A stretch of DNA of 64,000 nt. Source: Clostridia bacterium (GTDB lineage: Bacteria > Bacillota > Clostridia > TANB77 > CAG-508). This document shows positions 39,516 to 48,131 of the stretch, one piece after another. Position 1 is the first letter of the stretch; each line of letters begins with the position of its first letter. The stretch lies in contig JAFWNQ010000003.1 in the NCBI GenBank assembly GCA_017510245.1, forward strand, positions 1,799-65,798, written 5' to 3'. A model generated the notes under the pieces. The model was not told the origin of the DNA. It worked only from the letters and a program-made list of their open reading frames with translations, and ran no database searches. The translations under genes were made by a program, and so were the position numbers.

Positions 39516-41255
39516 ATGATTAAGTTAGAAATAGATAGCATGCCGGTAGAAGTTGAAGAAGGAACAACAATACTTGAAGCGGCAAGAAAAGTAAATATTG
39601 ATATTCCAACACTTTGTTTCTTAAAAGAAATAAATGAAGTTGGAGACTGTAGAATGTGTATAGTTGAAGTTGAAGGAAGAAGAGGATTTGCAACTTCATG
39701 TATTACAAAAGTTGAAGAAGGAATGGTTGTACATACACATACTCCTTCAGTAGTAGAAGCAAGAAAGGCAGTTTTAAATTTAATATTATCTAATCATAAT
39801 AGAGACTGTCTTACATGTATTAGAAATGGAAATTGTGAACTTCAAAAATTAGCACAAAAATACAATGTTCAAAATGTAGATTATGATGGTGCTAAAACTA
39901 GTAACGAAATAGATGATAAATCACCATCTATAGTTAGAGACCAAAGTAAATGTATTCTTTGTAGAAGATGTGTTGGTATGTGCAAAAGAGTTCAAGAGAT
40001 TGGAGCAATTGAAAGTACAAATAGAGGATTTGAGTCAACTATTTCAACTGCAGATAATCAAAGTTTGAATGATGTTGATTGTACATTCTGTGGACAATGT
40101 ATTGAAGCATGTCCTGTTGGAGCTTTACATGAAAAAGATGATACAAGTAAAGTGTGGAGAATGATAAATGATAAAGATACTTTTACAATAGTTCAAACAG
40201 CCCCAGCTGTAAGAGTTGGATTAGGTGAAGAATTTGGAATGCCTATTGGAACTAATGTTAAAGGTAAAATGGTAACAGCTCTTAAGAGATTAGGATTTGA
40301 TAAGGTATTTGACACAAACACTGGTGCAGACTTTACTATAATGGAAGAAGCAAATGAATTTATCGAAAGATTTACTAATGGTGGTACATTACCTATGATG
40401 ACATCTTGCTGTCCTGCATGGGTAAGATTTGCTGAAAAGAATTATCCAGAACAATTAGATCATCTATCAAGTTGTAAATCACCACATCAAATGTTTGGAG
40501 CAATACTAAAATCATACTTTGCTAAAAAATACGATGTTGAACCAGAAAGAATAAAAGTTATATCTGTAATGCCTTGTGTTGCTAAGAAGTACGAAAGTGT
40601 TAGAGAAGAGATGGAAGTAGATGGACTACGTGATGTTGATGCAGTTATTACAATTAGAGAACTAGCTAGAATGATTAAACAACGTGATATTGAATTTACA
40701 GAATTAGAAGATTCTGAATTTGAAGATCCAATGGGAGAAGCAACAGGAGCTGCAGCAATTTTTGGAGTTACTGGTGGAGTAATGGAAGCAGCACTTCGTA
40801 CAGCTGCAGATACAATAGAAGGAAAATCTCTAGACAAAATAGATTATGAAGCAGTTCGTGGTCAAGAAGGTATAAAGAAAGCTACAGTAGAAATAGCTGG
40901 AAAAGAGATTAGAATAGTGGTTGCCAGTGGACTAAAGAATGCAAGGAAGATTATGAATGAAATATCATCTGGAAAAGCTGATTATGACTTTGTAGAAATA
41001 ATGGCTTGTCCAGGAGGATGTATAAATGGTGGAGGACAACCAATTAAGAGTAGTAAGATTAGAGCTACAAAAGATGTAAGACAATTAAGAGCTGATTCAA
41101 TATACTCAATTGATGAAAAGAGTACTTTTAGAAAATCACATGACAATCCAATAATTAAAACAATATATAATGATTTTCTTGAAAAACCAAATAGCCATGA
41201 AGCTCATAAATATCTACATACAACTTATCACAAAGAAGAAAAGTATAATTTTTAA
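39516..41255 (+). CDS. [FeFe]-hydrogenase catalytic subunit (group A3, likely electron-bifurcating)
   Basis: H-cluster motifs TSCCPAW, MPCVAKKYE, EIMACPGGCINGGGQP; hydCB context. Confidence 0.95.
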   Translation: MIKLEIDSMPVEVEEGTTILEAARKVNIDIPTLCFLKEINEVGDCRMCIVEVEGRRGFATSCITKVEEGMVVHTHTPSVVEARKAVLNLILSNHNRDCLTCIRNGNCELQKLAQKYNVQNVDYDGAKTSNEIDDKSPSIVRDQSKCILCRRCVGMCKRVQEIGAIESTNRGFESTISTADNQSLNDVDCTFCGQCIEACPVGALHEKDDTSKVWRMINDKDTFTIVQTAPAVRVGLGEEFGMPIGTNVKGKMVTALKRLGFDKVFDTNTGADFTIMEEANEFIERFTNGGTLPMMTSCCPAWVRFAEKNYPEQLDHLSSCKSPHQMFGAILKSYFAKKYDVEPERIKVISVMPCVAKKYESVREEMEVDGLRDVDAVITIRELARMIKQRDIEFTELEDSEFEDPMGEATGAAAIFGVTGGVMEAALRTAADTIEGKSLDKIDYEAVRGQEGIKKATVEIAGKEIRIVVASGLKNARKIMNEISSGKADYDFVEIMACPGGCINGGGQPIKSSKIRATKDVRQLRADSIYSIDEKSTFRKSHDNPIIKTIYNDFLEKPNSHEAHKYLHTTYHKEEKYNF

Positions 41256-41304
41256 GATTGTGAGAGGAACAGTTTAACTGTTCCTCTACATATAAGGAGT
41301 GAAG

Positions 41305-41874
41305 ATGGAATCAGAATTGGATATACAGAAATTTATTCCACAATTTGATATGGAGACAGAAATGAATATAAAGAAAGATATTCCACAATTTGATATGGAG
41401 ACAGTTATTGATTTTACAAAAGGAGTAGTACTAAATATTTATAATTCTTTTGTAAACGAAGATTTAAAAAGTATTAGAATAAGAATATCTGATGAATTAA
41501 TTAATAAAATAACGAAGAATAAGGAATTATATAGAATTTCTAAAAATTTTGATAGAGTTGCAGTTGAGAGAGTTGGACTTATTGGATATGAAAAAAAAGA
41601 AGATGGAATTTATGTTAAAATATTTGCAAACGTTAATTTTTTTGATGATGTTGACAACAATTTGGACGGAGCTGGAGGGAATGATAAATTCTGGTATGAT
41701 AGGTGGATTATTACATATAAAGCAATAACTAATATAGGTAATAATTGTCAAAACTGTGGTGCTGAAATGGAATATAATAAGGAAACGAATTCTTTTGAAT
41801 GCAAATATTGTAGAAGTGTTTTTTTTAGAGATTCTAAAGACTGGAAAGTTATTGATATAGAAGTTCAAAAATAA
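41305..41874 (+). CDS. Tim44-like domain protein with C-terminal zinc ribbon
   Basis: CQNCGA...CKYC zinc ribbon and terminal WKVIDI; N-terminal domain assignment is weak. Confidence 0.55.
   Translation: MESELDIQKFIPQFDMETEMNIKKDIPQFDMETVIDFTKGVVLNIYNSFVNEDLKSIRIRISDELINKITKNKELYRISKNFDRVAVERVGLIGYEKKEDGIYVKIFANVNFFDDVDNNLDGAGGNDKFWYDRWIITYKAITNIGNNCQNCGAEMEYNKETNSFECKYCRSVFFRDSKDWKVIDIEVQK
41334..41404 (+). repeat. 26-bp direct repeat with 45-bp period (IPQFDMET twice)
   Basis: tattccacaatttgatatggagacag at 41334 and 41379. Confidence 0.9.
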
Positions 41875-42091
41875 TAATTATAATAAAAAAACTCTTATAG
41901 TACTATAAGAGTTTTTTAGTTTGAAATTTTAATGTTAAGACGAGGTTATTTTACATAGCTTAGGACAAAAATGAATTCTAGTACTAAAAATAGCTGAGCA
42001 TGATGAACTAAGCAAAGTAATTAATTGCTATTATAAACTTGTATTCCTAATAGTATTTTGATATAATGCAAAATAAGTTAGGGGAAATAAT

Positions 42092-42502
42092 ATGACATAT
42101 GAATTTGAAGTAGAGGGAAAGATTGTTGGTAAAGAAAGACCTAGAGTTAATATGTATTCTGGGATGATATATACTCCAAACAAAACAAAAGATTATGAAT
42201 TTCTTATTCAACAATCATTTAAAATACAAAATCCACATTTTACAATGCTTGAAGGAAGAATATCGATTGAGATTATTGCTTATATGAGTATTCCTAAAAA
42301 TACTAGTAAAGTTAAAACTAAAGCAATGCTCGAAAATCAACTTAGTCCAACTAAAAAACCGGACATAGACAATATTGCAAAATCAATATTAGATTCTATG
42401 AACAAATTTGTTTTTAAAGATGACAATCAAGTTAGCAAAATTTCAGTCGAAAAAAGATTTGGCGAAGTTGAAAAAGTATATGTTAGAATAAGTGAGTATT
42501 GA
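42092..42502 (+). CDS. rusA: RusA-family Holliday junction resolvase
   Basis: GKERPR, KKPDIDNIAKSILD, DDNQV. Confidence 0.9.
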   Translation: MTYEFEVEGKIVGKERPRVNMYSGMIYTPNKTKDYEFLIQQSFKIQNPHFTMLEGRISIEIIAYMSIPKNTSKVKTKAMLENQLSPTKKPDIDNIAKSILDSMNKFVFKDDNQVSKISVEKRFGEVEKVYVRISEY

Positions 42503-42559
42503 GCTACTTGGTAATTTAAAATATTAATGTCAAAATGGATAGGAGTATTTTTCAAAACA

Positions 42560-43273
42560 ATGAAAAAGATTAGAAATTTTTTTATTTTTATTTTAATAGT
42601 TATAGTGTTTATAATAGTAGCAGTTGGTTGGTATGGACATAAGTATTATGAAAAATTAGTTAGCAAAGTTCCAATAGATACTAAAGTCGAAGAAATAAGG
42701 AATGACTATACTTTTGTTAAATCAGAAGATATTTCAGATTACTATTTTAAAGCAGTAGTTGCAGTTGAAGATAGGAGATATTACTATCACGGAGCAGCAG
42801 ATATTATTGGAATTGTTAGAGCTATAGTAAAAAATGCAAAAACTAAAGAGTTACAAGAAGGCGGAAGTACAATAACTCAGCAAGTAGCTAAAAATATGTA
42901 TTTGATGGAAGATAATAGTAATCCAGTAAAAAGAAAAGTTGCTGAAGCTTTTATAGCATATGAATTAGAAGAAAAATATACTAAGGAAGAAATACTTGAA
43001 TTATATGCTAATATAATTTATTTTGGAAATAGTTATTATGGAATAAATGAAGCTTGCCAGGGATATTTAAAAAAATCACCAAAAGAAATGAATTTGCAGG
43101 AAGCTGCGATGATGGCTGGAATTCCTAATGCACCTAGTGTTTACGCTCCTACTGTAAACAAAGAACTATGTAAAAAAAGATTAAAAAAAGTAATTTCTTC
43201 TATGGTAAAGAATAAAGACATTACTCAGGAACAAGTAGATGAAATCAATTCAAACTTTATAGACGAAATATGA
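42560..43273 (+). CDS. Monofunctional peptidoglycan transglycosylase (GT51)
   Basis: EDRRY..HG, GGSTITQQVAKN, RKVAE, KEEILELYAN; no transpeptidase domain. Confidence 0.92.
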   Translation: MKKIRNFFIFILIVIVFIIVAVGWYGHKYYEKLVSKVPIDTKVEEIRNDYTFVKSEDISDYYFKAVVAVEDRRYYYHGAADIIGIVRAIVKNAKTKELQEGGSTITQQVAKNMYLMEDNSNPVKRKVAEAFIAYELEEKYTKEEILELYANIIYFGNSYYGINEACQGYLKKSPKEMNLQEAAMMAGIPNAPSVYAPTVNKELCKKRLKKVISSMVKNKDITQEQVDEINSNFIDEI

Positions 43274-43280
43274 TATGTGC

Positions 43281-43521
43281 AAAAAAAAAGAGAGGTGCCA
43301 CCTTTAACCTCTCTCAAGGAACAAGTCCTCTAACCCTGCTCACCCAAGGCTGATGGAAAGCTACTTACTTTTAAAACAACAATAAATATCGTCGTCTTCA
43401 AGCTTTTTGGCTATTCCTTTGTTTTTGCCAAAAGTATTAAAATAATACTAAGACACGGTGGGCTTTTACTCAAGACCTTGCTTAAAACGTTCATCGCAGG
43501 TGCAAGGTTTACCTTTGCGAT
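43281..43521 (-). ncRNA. Candidate independently transcribed structured RNA (~240 nt), family unidentified
   Basis: Consensus promoter upstream, several stems with minus-strand G-U pairs, 5' pseudoknot, terminator with T-run. Confidence 0.7.
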
Positions 43522-43527
43522 ATAATG

Positions 43528-43556
43528 ATTATAGCACATAATTAAAATTATGTCAA
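43528..43556 (-). promoter_or_regulatory. Consensus sigmaA promoter
   Basis: TTGACA-17 bp-TATAAT with TG extended -10. Confidence 0.88.
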
Positions 43557-43575
43557 CAACAAGAAAGGAAGTTAT

Positions 43576-44547
43576 ATGAAAAAACTATTGTTAATAGATG
43601 GAAACTCGATAATGAATAGGGCTTTTTATGGAATAATGAGTAAAAACATGCTTTCGGCTGACGGAAAATATACAAATGCCCTATATGGATTTTTGGCAAT
43701 AATGTTTAAGAATATTGAAGAAGTTAATCCGGATTATATGCTGATAGCTTTTGACTCTAAAACTGGAGCAAATGTAAGAAAGAAAAAATATGAAGGATAT
43801 AAGAAAAATAGACATGGAATGCCAAATGAGTTAGCTGAGCAAATGCCTGAAATTAAAGAAATTCTTAAAGCTATGAATATTGAATACCTTGAGCTTGAAA
43901 ACTATGAGGGAGATGATATTATTGGAACAGCTGCAAAGAAATTTGCCAATGATGAGTTAGAGGCATATATATTATCTGGAGATAGAGACCTATTTCAACT
44001 TGTGCAAGATAATATTTTAGTAAGAATACCAAGAACAAAATTTGGAAAAACTGAAACTATAGTTTATGATAAAGAAAAAATAATTGAAGAATATGGATTA
44101 GAGCCCAAAGAACTAATAGATTTAAAAGCATTGATGGGAGACTCATCTGATGAGATTCCAGGTTGCCCTGGTGTTGGACCTAAAACAGCAACTGAATTAT
44201 TAAAAGAGTTTAAAACACTTGATGGCTTATATAGCGCACTAAATAATCCAGAGGAAAAGGAAAAAATTAGACCAAAGATTAGAGAAAAATTGATTGAAAA
44301 TAAAGAGTTAGTAGATATATCTAAGGAAATTGGAACTATAGATATTAATGCAAACATAGAATATAAAATAGATGATTTAATAATTAAAGATTGGAATAAA
44401 GAAAAAGTTTTTAAGCTATTTAAGTATTATCAATTTAATAGATATATATCAAGATTTAAATTAGATGAAATAAAGATTGAAGATGACAATGTTAATGAAG
44501 AAGAAATAAAAAAAGAAATTGAAGTAACGAATAAAAAAATAGAATAA
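43576..44547 (+). CDS. polA: DNA polymerase I, 5'-3' exonuclease part (ends at an in-frame TAA)
   Basis: LIDGNS, EGDDIIG, SGDRD, LMGDSSDEIPGCPGVGPKTA. Confidence 0.88.
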   Translation: MKKLLLIDGNSIMNRAFYGIMSKNMLSADGKYTNALYGFLAIMFKNIEEVNPDYMLIAFDSKTGANVRKKKYEGYKKNRHGMPNELAEQMPEIKEILKAMNIEYLELENYEGDDIIGTAAKKFANDELEAYILSGDRDLFQLVQDNILVRIPRTKFGKTETIVYDKEKIIEEYGLEPKELIDLKALMGDSSDEIPGCPGVGPKTATELLKEFKTLDGLYSALNNPEEKEKIRPKIREKLIENKELVDISKEIGTIDINANIEYKIDDLIIKDWNKEKVFKLFKYYQFNRYISRFKLDEIKIEDDNVNEEEIKKEIEVTNKKIE

Positions 44548-44565
44548 ACTATTATTAATGATAGA

Positions 44566-46245
44566 ATGTTATTTCATCTTGTAACTAGTGAATCAGAAGA
44601 TGAAACAAAAATAATAAAAAAGAATATAGATGGAATAGCTATTTATGAGGAACAGACATCAAAGAATATTTATGTGGAAAAACCAGATTTAACTACATTA
44701 AAAAAATATTTTGAAGATAGAAATATTCAAAAAGTTGGTTTTAATTTAAGTGAAGCATATGTATTGCTTAGACAAAACGGAATAAAGATGGGAAACATTG
44801 GTTTTGATGTTGAAGTAGCAGCCTATGATATAGATCCTACAAATATTAAACATAATTTGATAGATATAGCAAATCAGTATTTGAACATAGATGTTTCAAG
44901 ATTTATTCCAGAAAAACAAATGAATTTGTTTGATGATAATTCTAACAACAATGAGGTTGGAGCTTATATATATGCTATAAGAAAATTATATGATATTTTA
45001 ATAAAAAAACTAGAAGAAAATGGTTCATTAAAACTATTTAATGAAATTGAAATGCCACTAGTATCTGCTCTAGGAGAAATGCAGTATAATGGAATGATGT
45101 GTGACAAAGAAGAACTTATAAAGTTTGGAAAAGAATTAAAAAAAGAAATAGAAGAACTTACAAATCAGATATATGACTTAGCTGGAGAGGAATTTAATAT
45201 TAATTCAACACAACAATTAGGAACTATATTATTTGACAAATTAAAACTACCTGGAGCAAAAAAGAATAAAAAAGGATATTCAACAGATGTATCAACACTG
45301 GAAAAAATTGTAGATAAGCATCCAATTATTAATAAAATTCTAAAATATAGAACTTTAACTAAATTGAATTCAACATATGTTGAAGGATTAGTACCATTTA
45401 TTAATATAAAAACTGGTAGAATACATTCATATTTTCACCAAACAATTACTGCAACTGGAAGAATTAGCTCTACAGAACCAAATTTGCAAAATATTCCTAC
45501 TCGTGATGAGTTGGGAAAGAATGTAAAAAAAGCATTTAGACCACAGGAAGGATATGTTTATTTGGATGCGGATTATTCTCAAATAGAGTTAAGAGTTCTA
45601 GCGCATATAGCTCATGATAAGAATATGATTGATGCATTTAACAATGATGAGGACATTCATAGGGAAGTTGCTGCTAGAGTGTTTGATACTCCAATAGAAG
45701 AAGTTACAAGCATTCAAAGATCAAGAGCAAAAGCAGTTAATTTTGGAATAGTGTATGGAATTACTGCATTTGGATTAGCTAAACAAATTGAAACAACAAG
45801 AAAAGAAGCAGAGGACTACATTAATAATTATTTAGAAAAGTATAGTGGTGTCAAGAACTTTATGGAAAGAGTGGTTGAAGATGCTAAAGAGAAAGGTTAT
45901 GTACAAACTCTATTTGGAAGAAGAAGATATATTCCAGAATTAAAGTCATCAAATTATATGGTCAGAGAGTTTGGAAAAAGAGCTGCCATGAACACACCTA
46001 TACAAGGAACAGCTGCAGATATTATGAAAATAGCTACTAATGATGCATATAGAAAAATTGAGGAATGTAGTATTGATGCTAAAATAGTACTACAAGTACA
46101 TGATGAACTTATAATTGAAGTGGCAAAAAAAGATGCTGAAAGAGCAAAAGAAATATTAAAATCTTGCATGGAAAATGCAATGAAATTAGACATACCACTT
46201 AAAGTTGAGATATGTGAAGCAACTAATTGGTATGATGCAAAATAA
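44566..46245 (+). CDS. polA: DNA polymerase I, Klenow-like polymerase part (same frame as the upstream part)
   Basis: TGRISS.EPNLQNIP, DYSQIELR, RAKAVNFGIVYG, QVHDEL. Confidence 0.88.
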   Translation: MLFHLVTSESEDETKIIKKNIDGIAIYEEQTSKNIYVEKPDLTTLKKYFEDRNIQKVGFNLSEAYVLLRQNGIKMGNIGFDVEVAAYDIDPTNIKHNLIDIANQYLNIDVSRFIPEKQMNLFDDNSNNNEVGAYIYAIRKLYDILIKKLEENGSLKLFNEIEMPLVSALGEMQYNGMMCDKEELIKFGKELKKEIEELTNQIYDLAGEEFNINSTQQLGTILFDKLKLPGAKKNKKGYSTDVSTLEKIVDKHPIINKILKYRTLTKLNSTYVEGLVPFINIKTGRIHSYFHQTITATGRISSTEPNLQNIPTRDELGKNVKKAFRPQEGYVYLDADYSQIELRVLAHIAHDKNMIDAFNNDEDIHREVAARVFDTPIEEVTSIQRSRAKAVNFGIVYGITAFGLAKQIETTRKEAEDYINNYLEKYSGVKNFMERVVEDAKEKGYVQTLFGRRRYIPELKSSNYMVREFGKRAAMNTPIQGTAADIMKIATNDAYRKIEECSIDAKIVLQVHDELIIEVAKKDAERAKEILKSCMENAMKLDIPLKVEICEATNWYDAK

Positions 46246-46322
46246 TACTGAAAAAGGGCGAATAACCTATATGTGGAAGCTAAAAAATTTCGTCCTTTTT
46301 AGGTAAATGAAAGGATAACTAG

Positions 46323-46862
46323 ATGAAAAAAATACTACCTTTGTTGTGTATTTTAGTGATAGTAATAATAGTAGTAAATAGAAATGAAATATTAAAGGTA
46401 TTATATAAAACAAGTTATAGTGAATATGTTGAAGAGTACTCAAGAGAATACGGCTTAGATCATTTACTGGTTTATGCAATTATCAAAGCTGAAAGTAATT
46501 TCAATGCTGGAGCAATATCGAGTAAAGGAGCATGTGGATTAATGCAACTTATGGACAACACAGCGGCTGAAGTAGCAAAAAATGAAATGATGGAATATCA
46601 ATCTGCGACAACTCTATATAATCCAGAGAAAAACATAAAATTAGGAACAAAGTACTATTCTGATTTAAAACAACAGTTTAGAAATGATGAAATAGCTCTG
46701 GCTGCATATAATGCAGGAACAGGGAATGTTCAGCGATGGATTCTAGATGGAATTATTAAATCTGATGGAAGTGATATAGAAAATATACCGTACAAAGAAA
46801 CAAACACATATGTTAGAAAAATTCTAAGGGATTATAGAATTTATAAAAAACTGTATAAGTAG
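46323..46862 (+). CDS. Soluble lytic transglycosylase (SLT domain)
   Basis: IIKAESNF, GLMQL, ALAAYNAG, ETNTYV. Confidence 0.92.
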   Translation: MKKILPLLCILVIVIIVVNRNEILKVLYKTSYSEYVEEYSREYGLDHLLVYAIIKAESNFNAGAISSKGACGLMQLMDNTAAEVAKNEMMEYQSATTLYNPEKNIKLGTKYYSDLKQQFRNDEIALAAYNAGTGNVQRWILDGIIKSDGSDIENIPYKETNTYVRKILRDYRIYKKLYK

Positions 46863-46952
46863 TGAAATAGAGACAACTTTTTTTATGTAAAAATCTTGTG
46901 TTTTTATATTAAACAATGATATAATCATAAAGTAAACGAAAGGATAAATAAA

Positions 46953-48131
46953 TTGGTAGATATAAATAGATTAGGAAAAGAATATGAGATATACACAACT
47001 GTAAATTATATAGGAAAGGGATTCCCAATTATTTTGCCACGAGGGGCTAGAATTATCAGAATTTTAAGAAATTTTGTCGAAAGTGAATTGCAATCTAAGG
47101 GTTATAAAGTAGTTAGAACTCCTAGCATGTCAAATTCGCAAATCTATAAAATAGAGGATAGATATGAATCGGGAAAAGACAAAATGTTTGTTATAAAAAA
47201 CTATGAAGAGGAGAAGAGCTCTATAGTTTTAAAACCTTATGTGCCTCCATTCCATTGCACTATATATAATGAGAATCAACATAGCTACAAAGAATTGCCA
47301 ATTAAATATTGTGAAACATCAACAGTGTTTAGAAATGATATGGATATAAAGGGTATCGTAAAAACAAGACAAATAACATTATCTGATGCAAGTATTTTTT
47401 GTGAACCTCAAAAAGTTGAAGAATCTATAAAAGAAGCAATAAAAATACAACAAAAATATATTAATAAGTTAGACTTAGGAGTAACATATTGTATATCTAC
47501 TTGGGACGAAAATGAAAAAGAGAATTACATTGGAACACCTGATGAATGGAAGAATGTTGTTCAGTCAATGAAAAATGCTTTATCAGATCTTAATATAAAC
47601 TATACAGTCAACAAAAAAGGAAGAATGTATGGTCCTTCAATTAAAGTTAAACATAATAATAAAACATTTATAAGTATTCAAATTGATTTTGAGATTGTAC
47701 ATAGATTTGATACAAAATATGCAGATAATGATAGTACCAATAAATATCCGGTGTATATTCATTATACTGTGGTAGGAAGCTATGAAAAACTACTAGCAAT
47801 GTTAATAGAAAGATATAAAGGAGATTTTCCACTATGGCTAGCTCCAGTACAAGTAGTTGTAATAAGTGAAAACCAAGAGTGTGAGGAATATGCAAATGAA
47901 ATTAGAAATGAAATATCCAAAAGTGGAATAAGAGTGGAAACAGAGAATACAAATGATAATTATAGGAGTAAAATAAAGAAACAGCAAAAACTTAATATTC
48001 CCTATATAGTTACTGTAGGAAAAAAAGAAGTTGAAAATAATACTATAAAATTAATCAAAGGAGAAAATAAGAAGAGTTATAATTTAGACGAACTAATTAA
48101 GGAGGTTGAGGAGTGTCAAAAACAATCTTAG
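46953..48131 (+). CDS. Threonyl-tRNA synthetase paralog: core plus anticodon domain, degenerate active site
   Basis: SYKELP, YGP, QIDF, FPLWLAPVQV, IPY..VGKKE; no N1/N2 editing domains; Zn ligands altered. Confidence 0.82.
   Translation: MVDINRLGKEYEIYTTVNYIGKGFPIILPRGARIIRILRNFVESELQSKGYKVVRTPSMSNSQIYKIEDRYESGKDKMFVIKNYEEEKSSIVLKPYVPPFHCTIYNENQHSYKELPIKYCETSTVFRNDMDIKGIVKTRQITLSDASIFCEPQKVEESIKEAIKIQQKYINKLDLGVTYCISTWDENEKENYIGTPDEWKNVVQSMKNALSDLNINYTVNKKGRMYGPSIKVKHNNKTFISIQIDFEIVHRFDTKYADNDSTNKYPVYIHYTVVGSYEKLLAMLIERYKGDFPLWLAPVQVVVISENQECEEYANEIRNEISKSGIRVETENTNDNYRSKIKKQQKLNIPYIVTVGKKEVENNTIKLIKGENKKSYNLDELIKEVEECQKQS

Noticed and set aside
25071-42502. Prophage suggested by the SF4 helicase and rusA
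   Set aside because: They are over 15 kb apart among metabolic genes, with no structural, lysis or integration genes
43290-43320. T-box riboswitch (AAGGTGGCACC on the minus strand)
   Set aside because: The motif lies mostly in the terminator loop, no clear stem I is present and no same-strand gene follows
43445-43520. c-di-GMP-I riboswitch or 6S RNA identity for the polA-adjacent RNA
   Set aside because: GGTAAACC resembles the GEMM start but GACGCAAAGC and the GNRA loop are missing; there is no 5'-3' closing stem as in 6S
44545-44547. Stop-codon reassignment
   Set aside because: TAA ends many conserved genes at their expected C-termini (tig-clp region, spoIVA, ppaC)
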